Source of the DNA: an uncultured Gammaproteobacteria bacterium | GTDB lineage: Bacteria > Pseudomonadota > Gammaproteobacteria > GCA-001735895 | NCBI GenBank assembly: GCA_937894085.1 | Contig: CALCSG010000217.1 | Location: forward strand, 2,199 to 66,198 | DNA: 64,000 bases | Direction: 5' to 3' | Shown: positions 37,581 through 46,912 of the stretch, piece after piece | How the letters are laid out: each line of letters begins with the position of its first letter | Numbering within the stretch: position 1 is the stretch's first letter | Translations under genes and position numbers: made by a program | Notes under the pieces: model-generated | Databases searched by the model: none | What the model saw: the letters and a program-made list of their open reading frames with translations, nothing else | Told to the model about the DNA's origin: nothing

Positions 37581-39452
37581 TTAATGCTGTAAGTTGACGA
37601 TTTCATCAGCATCATCTTCATCAAGCTGCACACTACGTAAGGCGGCTTTAAAATCACTATCACCTTTCGTAAACAGTACTTCTCCCATTTGCACGAGATT
37701 TCTTGCCACGTCATAGGCATAAGCAGAGTCGTTCATCAGTGAGGTTGCCATTCTGGCAGTGATCCGGCCTTCCCGGATTAGACGTTCGATGGTGTCATTA
37801 ACCATGCGGTCATGTTCTTCCATTTCAAGTTTAATCACATCCATCAACAGCATTTCTCCCATATCATCTTCATCTTTTCTGATATTCTCCAGTCTGCGCA
37901 TAACCGAACCAAGTCCAGCTCGTATCTTGTTATATTCCTCGCGGATATACTGGTTATCGGAGGCTATGTACTGAACAAGATTACCATGCATATGTTTGGT
38001 ATCTTTGATGGCTTCTACTATGTCCCGGCCTGCCGCCCTTAGCATGAATAACTCGTCGGCCTGTTGCTCCGACATGTTCAGGGAAGACTTACTGATAAAA
38101 CTGACAATCTCACTATATAAATCCTTGATCTTGTTATCATATTCATCATCCATATCGATACTCATCGGCTTACCAGGTTTATCGGCTATATCTTCCAGAC
38201 TATCTTCTGACAAAATATCATGGCGATGCAGGCTCAGCCCGTGGGCAATAATTGCGAAAGCATTTTCATACAGGTGTACGGTTTCTTTACGCACGGATTC
38301 CAGCGCGGTATCCGGCAACTCAAAGGCAGACTCGTTCAGATACATTGGCTCCGCTTCGGCAATTGTTTTATCAGGCATCAAGCGGGTAACCAGACGCACC
38401 AGTGGATTAACCAGCGGTATCATGATGATGACGCCCGCAACATTGAATATGGTGTGGAATACGGCAAGTTTAAGCGTGTAGTCAGTTGGTGCGAGACCAA
38501 TAATGTCTGAGATGACATCAACCAGCCAGGTAATTTGATTGATCATCAGTATAAATACAATCCCGGCCGACACCTTAAACAAAACATCTGACAGGGCCAG
38601 TCGCTTGCCATCTGTATTGGATGTCAGAGAACCCAGTATGGCAGTGATAGTGGTACCTACGTTGGCACCTATAACCAGTGCCAGCGCGTTATCATAGGTC
38701 AGTTGCTGCACCGACAGTGCGGTTATGACCAGTACCAGTGTGGCGTGGCTTGACTGCATGATAATGGTGGCCAGTATTCCAATCAGGGTAAATACCAGCA
38801 ACCCGGCAAAACCTTCCATTGCGTAGTCAGTCAGGTTGATTTGAGTCTGGAATGTCTCAAAACCTTCTTTCATGTGGTGAATACCCAGAAAAAGGAACCC
38901 CAGTCCAGCCAGGATGTAACCAAACCCTTTTAACGATTTAGATTTCTGGAACACCAGCACCACGCCAAACACCAGCATCGGCATTGCGTAGGCAGAGATT
39001 TTTACCTTTAAACCAAAACCCGCAATGAGCCAGGCGCCGGTCGTGGTACCAACATTGGCACCAAAGATAATACCCATACCCTGTACCAGCCCAATAAGAC
39101 CTGCACTTAGAAAAGAGATAGTAATAACGGATACAAGAGAGCTGGACTGCATGATGGTCGCAGCAGTAAAACCAAAGGACAGGCTTTTCCACATTTTGTT
39201 AGTGCTTTTACGCAATACTTTTTCCAGCGTGCCGCCGGTAAATGCCCGGAATCCCTCTTCCAGTGAAAACATTCCAAATAGAAAGATAGCGACACCCGCT
39301 GCTATTTCCTTGAAATTAGGACTAATCCAGAACCCATAGGCGAGGATGACAAGCATTGTCGGCAAGATTATTTTTTTTAGCATATTCCAGTATTTCTCAT
39401 AATTAAAGATGTAATTAAACGCAGATAATAAACGAAGGTTGGTAGACTTCAA
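37581..39452 (-). CDS. Na+/phosphate cotransporter family protein (NptA/YjbB-like) with C-terminal PhoU-like domain
   Basis: 623 aa. Duplicated GANVGTT motifs in the TM region and a C-terminal soluble PhoU-like helical domain. Confidence 0.85.
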   Translation of the reverse strand: MKSTNLRLLSAFNYIFNYEKYWNMLKKIILPTMLVILAYGFWISPNFKEIAAGVAIFLFGMFSLEEGFRAFTGGTLEKVLRKSTNKMWKSLSFGFTAATIMQSSSLVSVITISFLSAGLIGLVQGMGIIFGANVGTTTGAWLIAGFGLKVKISAYAMPMLVFGVVLVFQKSKSLKGFGYILAGLGFLFLGIHHMKEGFETFQTQINLTDYAMEGFAGLLVFTLIGILATIIMQSSHATLVLVITALSVQQLTYDNALALVIGANVGTTITAILGSLTSNTDGKRLALSDVLFKVSAGIVFILMINQITWLVDVISDIIGLAPTDYTLKLAVFHTIFNVAGVIIMIPLVNPLVRLVTRLMPDKTIAEAEPMYLNESAFELPDTALESVRKETVHLYENAFAIIAHGLSLHRHDILSEDSLEDIADKPGKPMSIDMDDEYDNKIKDLYSEIVSFISKSSLNMSEQQADELFMLRAAGRDIVEAIKDTKHMHGNLVQYIASDNQYIREEYNKIRAGLGSVMRRLENIRKDEDDMGEMLLMDVIKLEMEEHDRMVNDTIERLIREGRITARMATSLMNDSAYAYDVARNLVQMGEVLFTKGDSDFKAALRSVQLDEDDADEIVNLQH

Positions 39453-39722
39453 TATTAGAAAGCATTAAAAAGCAATAACTGGGCCAATAATTGGACTTAA
39501 CAATTAATTCCTTAAATAACAATAACTTATCTTAATACTTTAAGTAAAAAGAAAGGAGTAAGGGGGTGTAACCAAATGAATAAGTTCTTAACACATATTC
39601 AATGAATAAACTGATCAAAAAAGGTTACCTAAGAGCTTAAGACCTTTATCAGATCTATAAAGGCCAAAAACTGTGACAGCAGAAAAAGGGGTAATAAGAT
39701 AACGAGCTAAACTATCATTTGG

Positions 39723-40052
39723 TTACAGTGACCGATCTTTACAAAATCTGTAATACAGATGCAGAGCATTAATCACTAAATAGTTTTGGCTCTTTCGCCT
39801 TTGTTGCTGGATATTCGAAACCACAGGAGGTCTTTCAGGGGCACCATCAGTAACAGAAACGAGAGCCATAATAATCAACAGCAGCAAAATAAAAATTGTT
39901 TTTTTAAGATTTTGAATCTCTTTATTTTCTCGTTTTTCACGGTTAGACCGGTCACTCATTGTTTTACTAATTGGATTACTTATTGGTTTACTTATTGGTT
40001 TACTTATTGGTTTACTTATTGGTTTACTTAAATCACTAGTTGTATTCATCAT
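39723..40052 (-). CDS. Small membrane protein with N-terminal (KPIS)n tandem repeats, sigma-54-dependent
   Basis: 109 aa. KPISKPISKPISKPISNPISK encoded by a 12-bp DNA tandem repeat, then a basic segment and one TM helix. A sigma-54 promoter lies 28 nt upstream. Confidence 0.5.
   Translation of the reverse strand: MMNTTSDLSKPISKPISKPISKPISNPISKTMSDRSNREKRENKEIQNLKKTIFILLLLIIMALVSVTDGAPERPPVVSNIQQQRRKSQNYLVINALHLYYRFCKDRSL
39959..40030. repeat. 12-bp tandem repeat (TTGGTTTACTTA) x ~6, in-frame within the small ORF
   Basis: Four perfect and two degenerate copies. Encodes (S/K)PIS repeats on the minus strand. Confidence 0.8.
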
Positions 40053-40089
40053 TTAATCTCTCTCAAATATAGATTGGATATAATGACTT

Positions 40090-40106
40090 AAGCAATAATT
40101 GCTCCA
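40090..40106 (-). promoter_or_regulatory. Sigma-54 (RpoN) -24/-12 promoter: TGGAGC-N5-TTGCT
   Basis: Minus-strand sequence TGGAGCAATTATTGCTT matches TGGCAC-N5-TTGCW with GG and GC at the canonical spacing. It sits about 40 nt upstream of the ATG of the repeat-protein gene and directly downstream of an NtrC-family activator gene. Confidence 0.6.
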
Positions 40107-40228
40107 ATTATACTAATAGATGACAAATACCTGTATATTCAAAGAGTTATAAATTTTTTTGGTGGTATAGAGAGACTAATAGAGGGTGTAATGAAATACT
40201 GGTTTTATAACCCATCGAGCAGGAGAAA

Positions 40229-40246
40229 CAGCTTTTCGAACAGCTG
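40229..40246. promoter_or_regulatory. Near-perfect 18-bp palindrome (CAGCTTTTCGAACAGCTG), candidate enhancer/UAS for the NtrC-type activator
   Basis: 16 of 18 positions are palindromic. Located about 130 bp upstream of the sigma-54 promoter. Confidence 0.3.
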
Positions 40247-40369
40247 GGTTAAGCGCGGAAAGGTCTCGGCGAGGCAACCTGAATCATCATTAAGTTACAC
40301 CCCCTTTACGATCAATAAACACCATTAAGCGTGCGGAACAAACTGTAACATGAAGATTTTGCTTTATAG

Positions 40370-41803
40370 CTATTCTTCATTATTATGCAAACGTGCCAGC
40401 CGACGATTCAAAGCTGGACGGGAAATCCCGAGCAACGTGGCTGCCACCCCCTGATTACCATTGGCTCGCTGCATCGCTTCACGTACCAGGCAGGTATCTG
40501 CCTGGTTGAGCGTAGGGAATTGTCCCGGTATCTGTAGCAGGTTGTTGTTTTCAAGCTTGCTCGTTTCGGTTTTCCGGGCGGGCATAATCTGCTGCTGTTT
40601 TTCAACCGCATTTCTGAATCGATCGAGAGAAAGTATCGAGCCGGATCGATGGGTAGCGACGGCATCAAAAACCAACGCCCTGAGCTCCCGAATATTACCA
40701 GCAAAGTGATATATTCCCAGCAAGTCATACAGTTCCGGAGGGGCGACCAGGTCATCTTTTCCCATAGATTTTGCTGCATCTACCACAAACCGTTTAACCA
40801 GTAAGGGTAAATCTTCCCGTCTATCACGCAATGGCAAAAGTTCAATCTGATGTACTGACAGGCGAAAATATAGATCAGAACGAAAATCATCGTCCAGCAT
40901 ACGTTGATGGAGATTTCTATTAGTTGCACAGATAATGCGTACATCACTGTTAATGCTAATATCCGAACCCAGTGGGTTATACCTTTTTTCCTGTAGCAGG
41001 CGTAACAATTTAATCTGTGATGCGTGAGATAACTCTCCAATCTCATCCAGAAAAAGGGTACCGCCCACTGCTGCTGAAATCAGTCCTTTGCGGGTATCTG
41101 TAGCCCCGGTAAAGGCACCTTTCTTATGCCCGAAAAGGGTATCTGAAAACAGCGCGTCATCCAGCCCGGCGACATTAACGGGTATTAACTCACCAGTGAG
41201 ACCACTTAACTGATGGATTGTTCTGGCCAACAATTCCTTACCTACTCCGGTTTCGCCGGTGATTAACACGGGCTCATTTGAATTAGCGATAGCCTCTGCA
41301 TACTGGAAAACCGAGTGCATTTTTTTACTAACCGTATCGAAACAGCTGAATACCTGAGCATGCTCAAGCTTATTGGTTAACAGATAATCCTTCAGCACGT
41401 TAACCTGTCGTCGCAGAGAACGCATTTCTACAGCTCGCTTAACACTGGATATCAGTCGACTTTCCTCGACAGGTTTGACCAGATAGTCAAACGCACCCTG
41501 TTTCATACTTGATACAGCTGTTTCCACATCCTGCGCTGCCGTCATCACAATGACCGGAACCTCAGGATAACTTTTTATCAGAGCAGGCAATAAGTCGATT
41601 CCAGATATTTCAGGCATATACAGATCAAGCAAAATAACCGCGACTTCCTGCTGCTGAAGAAGCGGAAGCAAATCACGGCTATCCTGCAAGGTAATAACCG
41701 GTTTTAACCCGGCACCCGATAACAGCAATTTTGAACTATGCAGTACCGTGGATTCATCATCCACCAGTACCAGAGGAAGCTCGGTGGAAGCTTGATAACT
41801 CAT
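40370..41803 (-). CDS. Sigma-54-dependent response regulator (NtrC family: REC - AAA+ - Fis-type HTH)
   Basis: 477 aa. Receiver domain with a D-containing acidic pocket, GETGVGKELLARTIH Walker A, a GAFTGA-like sigma-54 interaction region, and a C-terminal HTH. Confidence 0.9.
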   Translation of the reverse strand: MSYQASTELPLVLVDDESTVLHSSKLLLSGAGLKPVITLQDSRDLLPLLQQQEVAVILLDLYMPEISGIDLLPALIKSYPEVPVIVMTAAQDVETAVSSMKQGAFDYLVKPVEESRLISSVKRAVEMRSLRRQVNVLKDYLLTNKLEHAQVFSCFDTVSKKMHSVFQYAEAIANSNEPVLITGETGVGKELLARTIHQLSGLTGELIPVNVAGLDDALFSDTLFGHKKGAFTGATDTRKGLISAAVGGTLFLDEIGELSHASQIKLLRLLQEKRYNPLGSDISINSDVRIICATNRNLHQRMLDDDFRSDLYFRLSVHQIELLPLRDRREDLPLLVKRFVVDAAKSMGKDDLVAPPELYDLLGIYHFAGNIRELRALVFDAVATHRSGSILSLDRFRNAVEKQQQIMPARKTETSKLENNNLLQIPGQFPTLNQADTCLVREAMQRANGNQGVAATLLGISRPALNRRLARLHNNEE

Positions 41804-42217
41804 CTATTTTGACTCCTGATAAACAGGTAAACGGATACTGACCACGGTTCCTGAGTCACTGGATGACTCAAAGTTTAAAGAGCCATGATGATTCTCTATG
41901 ATCGTACTGGATATGGATAATCCGAGGCCAGTACCACCGGATTCAAGACGGGTGGTGAAGAAAGGTTCTGTCACCCTTGCAATATCTTTATCGTCGATAC
42001 CGCTACCCTGATCCACTATACGGATCAATAAGAACTTACTTTCTGAATCAATCATTGACTCTACTCTGACAGCCTGATTTTTATTGGTCAGGGATTGTAG
42101 CGCATTCAGCATGACATTGATAAATACCTGCTCCAGTTGCTGAAAGTTACCTTTAATTATGGGAATATCCGCTGCAAGTTGAGTTACCCAATGATGAGTG
42201 TATTTGTGAACCTGATT
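41804..42217 (-). pseudogene. 3' portion of the sensor histidine kinase (N-box/G1/G2 HATPase_c domain), separated from the upstream portion only by an in-frame TGA
   Basis: The same reading frame as the upstream ORF continues through the TGA at 42218-42220: ...SASAIL*NQVHKYTHHWVTQLAADIPIIKGNFQQLEQVFINVMLNALQS...DQGSGI...GGTGLGLSI. Confidence 0.6.
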
Positions 42218-44383
42218 TCATAATATTGCAGATGCCGATCTGATTACCATATTAATATCAACATTTTCATTCAAATCACCTGGGTCATTTTTGCCGAGGC
42301 GCTTCAGGTTTTCTACGATCGCTTTGATGCGTCTGGAATTATCCTTGATTTCAGATATCAACTCTCCCAGCGCATCTCCTTCTTCGGCAAACGACAGGCC
42401 ACCCACAGAGAAGTCACCCTGCAGCTGATAATATTCTCTGAGCACCGGCATGGCGTCTTCCCACACATGACTGAACAGTGCCGCACCGGTCTGAATCGCA
42501 TTATTCGGATTATTGATTTCGTGCGCTACACCGGTGGCAAGCACCCCGATAGTAGCAAGACGGGCATTGCGGATGGCATGAGCCTGGAAATTTCTTTTTT
42601 CGGTAATATCCGTGGCAATCACCATGGCCGTTTGAACCTCATGTTTTTCCAGAATGGGGACTATCCTGATTTCCAGCCAGCTCGACTCATCATTGGTCGG
42701 GTACTGAAAATAACCCACTTCACCTTTTTGAAAAGCCTGTGCCAGTAACTGCCTGTAATCTTGCTGATAGTTAGCAGGCACTAAATCAGCAGATTGTATT
42801 TCCTCTCCACGAATACCGGAAAATTCCAGCGCGGCTCCACGGTTCATCATGAGTATTTTTCCTGCCCCGTTCACCGACATTATTCTGTCTGGCGACTGAT
42901 TGAAAATAACGCGTAATTTTTCTTCTGAATCTCGCAGGTCATCATCAGCCTGTTTTTTCTCGGTAATGTCTTCAGCGACTCCAACCAGTCTGTAGATGCT
43001 GCCGTTTTCATCACGTACCGGAAAAGCATTATCTCTAATCCAGCGTTGACTACCATCCGCTCGTCTAACCCGGTAAATTGCTTCCATTGAACCCGATCCT
43101 TTAACAGCATTATTCAACGCCTCTAACCATTGCCCCCGGTCATCAGCATGAATTGCACTGGAAAACAGTGCAGGATCTGCATACAGTTCTTCGCACTGAA
43201 TACCCCATAGCTTTTCGATAGCGGGACTGACATACAGAAAGTGACTTCTATCAACCGGCATTGCCCAGTAAACATCATCAACCGTTTCGCTCATTTGCCA
43301 TAACAGTTGCTCCCGGTCTTTTAGTAACTGGTCTATTTTCTGGCGTTCCTGCAGGCCAAGTTTCATCCTGAGCAGAAAAGTGGATAAAAGCAGGGTAAGC
43401 AGGATACCGGTAAAAAGCACAGCAACCGGTGCTTTTTCAAAAGCCTCAGCACTGCGAAAATGTTCATTTGCCGCAGCCGTAATCGTCCATTTCCTGTCGC
43501 CCATTAAAACGACTTCAGAAAGAAAATTTTTACGATGCATCAGCCATTCCTGTATCTGGGGTTCCCCAAACTCTCTGGCCGAATTCAGCCGACTGGAATA
43601 ATATTCCAGAAAACGGGAGTCGATATCAGCATTATCATCCTGGATCAGCACATCAACCCCGCGCGGTTCCAGGTAACTGATCGCCGCATGAGCCAGCTCA
43701 TCCAGCTTCAACACTGCCACAACAAACCCGCTTAAGCTGGCAGATTCCTGCTCAAATCCTGGCGTAAATGTTGATTTTTCGGAAATGCCGGAATACAGCG
43801 GATGACAGGCGATGATTACATATTTATCATCGTTCGCACTGGATAGTTTTAACCGTCCACTGACTGTCATCTCGCCAGTTTGCATTGCTTTGAATATCGT
43901 TTCACTGAGAATTGAGCCCGGTATAATCCTGTATCCTGGTTGAAACCGGTTACTCCCCCGATTCTCTGCAAAAGTCAGACTGGAAAATGCCCCCGGTAAG
44001 CTGTTAGCCTGCAGCTGAACAGAGCCCTTGTAGCTGCTATCATCAGCAACGACCAGGCCAATCATTTCTATACCTGGATTTCGCTCAAGCAATGGCATTA
44101 CAACCCGATGAAATTGATCAGCAGTGATCGATTCAATAGACTGTACATAATCTCCAGTCATCCTGACCGGTTCCAGCGCACTTTCAAAACCCAGTTTTAA
44201 CAGACGGTTACGATTATGAGCAACCCAGCTAAATTCATTATCTCTTTGTATGCCGAACTGTTTGTTGACAACCCAGAAAGCAGCCGCGGTAAACGAAAAC
44301 CCCAATAAAGCAATCAGCCATATCACCAGATGCTCACTCACAAGATGCTGAATAAATTTTACAATCTGGCCGAAATTTTTCAT
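42218..44383 (-). CDS. Sensor histidine kinase, 5' portion: TM - periplasmic CHASE-like domain - TM - 2xPAS - HisKA (H-box VAHEINNP); truncated by an in-frame stop
   Basis: 721-aa ORF ending 40 codons after the H-box, with no ATP-binding domain in this ORF. Confidence 0.75.
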   Translation of the reverse strand: MKNFGQIVKFIQHLVSEHLVIWLIALLGFSFTAAAFWVVNKQFGIQRDNEFSWVAHNRNRLLKLGFESALEPVRMTGDYVQSIESITADQFHRVVMPLLERNPGIEMIGLVVADDSSYKGSVQLQANSLPGAFSSLTFAENRGSNRFQPGYRIIPGSILSETIFKAMQTGEMTVSGRLKLSSANDDKYVIIACHPLYSGISEKSTFTPGFEQESASLSGFVVAVLKLDELAHAAISYLEPRGVDVLIQDDNADIDSRFLEYYSSRLNSAREFGEPQIQEWLMHRKNFLSEVVLMGDRKWTITAAANEHFRSAEAFEKAPVAVLFTGILLTLLLSTFLLRMKLGLQERQKIDQLLKDREQLLWQMSETVDDVYWAMPVDRSHFLYVSPAIEKLWGIQCEELYADPALFSSAIHADDRGQWLEALNNAVKGSGSMEAIYRVRRADGSQRWIRDNAFPVRDENGSIYRLVGVAEDITEKKQADDDLRDSEEKLRVIFNQSPDRIMSVNGAGKILMMNRGAALEFSGIRGEEIQSADLVPANYQQDYRQLLAQAFQKGEVGYFQYPTNDESSWLEIRIVPILEKHEVQTAMVIATDITEKRNFQAHAIRNARLATIGVLATGVAHEINNPNNAIQTGAALFSHVWEDAMPVLREYYQLQGDFSVGGLSFAEEGDALGELISEIKDNSRRIKAIVENLKRLGKNDPGDLNENVDINMVIRSASAIL

Positions 44384-44983
44384 GATGACACCTGGATAAC
44401 GGTCCGCATCTAAACAACTTTCTGGATGATGGCAGGCAAATTTAGAGGAAATAAAATATTTTAATTCCAGGAATCTTATACTGGTTACATACAGCCACCC
44501 TAATAATATTTCATCAGTGAAAAGCTTTTTAAAGAATTAACCTGGAAATATAAAGTATCTCTTTAACTTTGCCCACATGAGCAAGGACATGAATAACCGA
44601 TTAAGAAAACTAAAACTCAACTTTCATAATTACGATAATTAAGAAGCTAAATCAGCCATAGTTTCCAGCAGTAACATACGTCCCTCTTCAATATCTGCAC
44701 TTTCAGGCATACTATTTCTGCGTCTGGATATTTCATCAATTGTCATTAAATGGAGCTGAATAATATCTTTTGGCATTGCATTCAATATTTCCTCTTACAA
44801 GGGTAAAGCAGATTGCCTGATGCAACGCACTGAGTACCTTCACGAAGCTTCCTATCACTATTCGTTACTGCTCATTTAAAAAAAGTGCAGATTTTTGATA
44901 CTTTTTAGAGGCATACTAGTGAGGGCCTGTGCCTGCAATCAATACGACATTACGGCTTAGGCTGTTAATGAGGATAATTAGCT

Positions 44984-45958
44984 ATGTATAAAAAGAGTAA
45001 TGATACCCTGGCAGTTTTTATCGTAATTTTACTCGCCCTGTCAGCATGCAACAAACAGGAGCCCTTGAGCGCAATGGGCCTGCTGGAATGGGACCGCCTT
45101 GAACTGATTGCGGAGACTAATGAACCCATTCTAGAAAGAGTTGCACAGGAAGGCGATATGCTGGAGGCCGGTGCTATTATTCTGCGCCAGGATGCGCGCC
45201 GTATTCAGGCACAGCTGGATGAAGCAAAAGCCGCCAGGGACCAGTCACAGGCGCGCCTTGCCGAACTCAGGCGAGGTCCGCGTGCAGAACGCATTGACGA
45301 AGCTAAGGCAAAACTACAGGCCGCGCAGAGTGGGGAAGACAACGACCGTACTGAATTATTACGCCTGCAATCTTTACTGGATAAAAATCTGATCAGCAAG
45401 GAATCGGTCGATTCGGCACGTAACAGGCTCAAAGTCAGTACCGCCAATAAAAGTGCAGCAAGAGCAGCCGTGGAAGAATTATTAAATGGCACCACGATTG
45501 AAGAATTAAACCAGGCTGATGCGGCGCTAGCACAGGCAGAAGCGGTTGTGAGGGTGCTTAGCATTACAATGGATAATCTGACCCTGCGTACTCCGCGTGC
45601 GGGCCGTCTGGATAATTTACCCTACCAGGCTGGTGAACGCCCTGCTGCGGGAGCGGTAATCGCCGTGATACTGATTAACAGTGTTCCCTATGCACGTATC
45701 TATGTGCCGGAGCCATTACGAGCCGGGGTAAATCAGGGGTCACAGGCCACTATTTATATTGATGGTATCGATCAGCCCTTTTCCGGCAAGGTGCGTATGA
45801 TCAGTAGTGAAGCGGTGTTTACGCCCTATTATTCACTGACAGAAAGAGACCGATCACGCCTCAGTTATCTTGCCGAAGTAGAGTTGGACAAGAGCAGGAT
45901 ACAACAACTGCCGTCCGGCATACCGGTACGTGTTGAATTTCAGGCGGCCTTAAATTAA
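44984..45958 (+). CDS. HlyD-family membrane fusion / secretion protein
   Basis: 324 aa. N-terminal anchor, long coiled-coil and beta-barrel domains. First gene of the ABC-2 efflux operon. Confidence 0.8.
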   Translation: MYKKSNDTLAVFIVILLALSACNKQEPLSAMGLLEWDRLELIAETNEPILERVAQEGDMLEAGAIILRQDARRIQAQLDEAKAARDQSQARLAELRRGPRAERIDEAKAKLQAAQSGEDNDRTELLRLQSLLDKNLISKESVDSARNRLKVSTANKSAARAAVEELLNGTTIEELNQADAALAQAEAVVRVLSITMDNLTLRTPRAGRLDNLPYQAGERPAAGAVIAVILINSVPYARIYVPEPLRAGVNQGSQATIYIDGIDQPFSGKVRMISSEAVFTPYYSLTERDRSRLSYLAEVELDKSRIQQLPSGIPVRVEFQAALN

Positions 45959-45967
45959 ATCCATACA

Positions 45968-46912
45968 ATGAATCCTGAAAATGCCATCGAATCGATAGAC
46001 CTGACCAAACGTTTTGGTGAGCTGGTCGCCGTCGATCATGTCAACCTGGTGATACCTCGTAAACGTATATTCGGCTTTCTGGGGCCGAATGGTTCCGGTA
46101 AATCGACCACTATTCGCTTATTGTGCGGCTTATTGACGCCTACCTCGGGCAGTGTCAGCGTATTAAATTACCGGGTGCCGGAACAGGCAGAAATCCTGAA
46201 ACAGAAAATTGGTTATATGACACAACGTTTTTCTCTGTACGAAGACCTTACCGTGTTCGAAAATCTCAATTTTATGGCACGAATTTACAGTATGCCGGCT
46301 GCGCAGAGGCGTACACGTACTGCAGAAGTGATGGAAACTTTCCGTCTCGATAAGCTGGCAAAACAGTTTGCCGGCACGCTCAGCGGCGGGCAGCGCCAGC
46401 GCCTGTCACTGGCCGCTGCGACCCTGCATCGCCCGGAACTACTGCTTCTGGATGAACCGACCAGCGCGGTCGATCCACAAACCCGTCGTGACTTCTGGGA
46501 TAATCTGTTCCAGCTGGTGGATGACGGCACCACTATCCTGGTTTCTACGCACTACATGGACGAGGCAGAACGCTGTCACAATCTCGCCATTCTCGATCAT
46601 GGACGCATGGTTGCGAACGGTGAACCGGAAACGCTGATGCAGGAAATAAATAGTGATGTGGTAGAAGTAGAGTCAAAACAACCGCGCCAGGTTGCGCACA
46701 CCCTGAAGGATAAAATCCATATTATCAGCGTAACCCAGCTGGGTGCTCGTCAGCGCGTACTGGTCAGTAAACAGCAGGGTGAAGCGCAATCCTATGTTCA
46801 GCAGTTACTGGATTCTGCACAATTAACTGCAGAGTGTCATGCCACCCACCCCAGCCTGGAAGATGTATTCGTTACCGTCACCTGCAAACAGCCGCGGACA
46901 GGTGATATATGA
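45968..46912 (+). CDS. ABC transporter ATP-binding protein
   Basis: Walker A GPNGSGKST, signature LSGGQRQRL, Walker B LLLLDEP. Confidence 0.9.
   Translation: MNPENAIESIDLTKRFGELVAVDHVNLVIPRKRIFGFLGPNGSGKSTTIRLLCGLLTPTSGSVSVLNYRVPEQAEILKQKIGYMTQRFSLYEDLTVFENLNFMARIYSMPAAQRRTRTAEVMETFRLDKLAKQFAGTLSGGQRQRLSLAAATLHRPELLLLDEPTSAVDPQTRRDFWDNLFQLVDDGTTILVSTHYMDEAERCHNLAILDHGRMVANGEPETLMQEINSDVVEVESKQPRQVAHTLKDKIHIISVTQLGARQRVLVSKQQGEAQSYVQQLLDSAQLTAECHATHPSLEDVFVTVTCKQPRTGDI

Noticed and set aside
39959-40030. Possible CRISPR array, because of the regular direct repeats
   Set aside because: The 12-bp units are contiguous with no spacers and lie in-frame inside an ORF. This is a coding tandem repeat, not a CRISPR array.
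42218-42220. In-frame TGA as selenocysteine or recoded tryptophan
   Set aside because: Every other gene in the window terminates normally under the standard code. No SECIS-like hairpin follows the codon, and the position is an unconserved kinase linker. A nonsense mutation or sequencing error is more parsimonious.
44638-44772. 44-aa minus-strand ORF (MPKDIIQLHLMTIDEISRRRNSMPESADIEEGRMLLLETMADLAS) in the kinase/HlyD divergent intergenic region
   Set aside because: It is short, has no recognisable domain and no convincing RBS. It may be real but cannot be supported from sequence alone.
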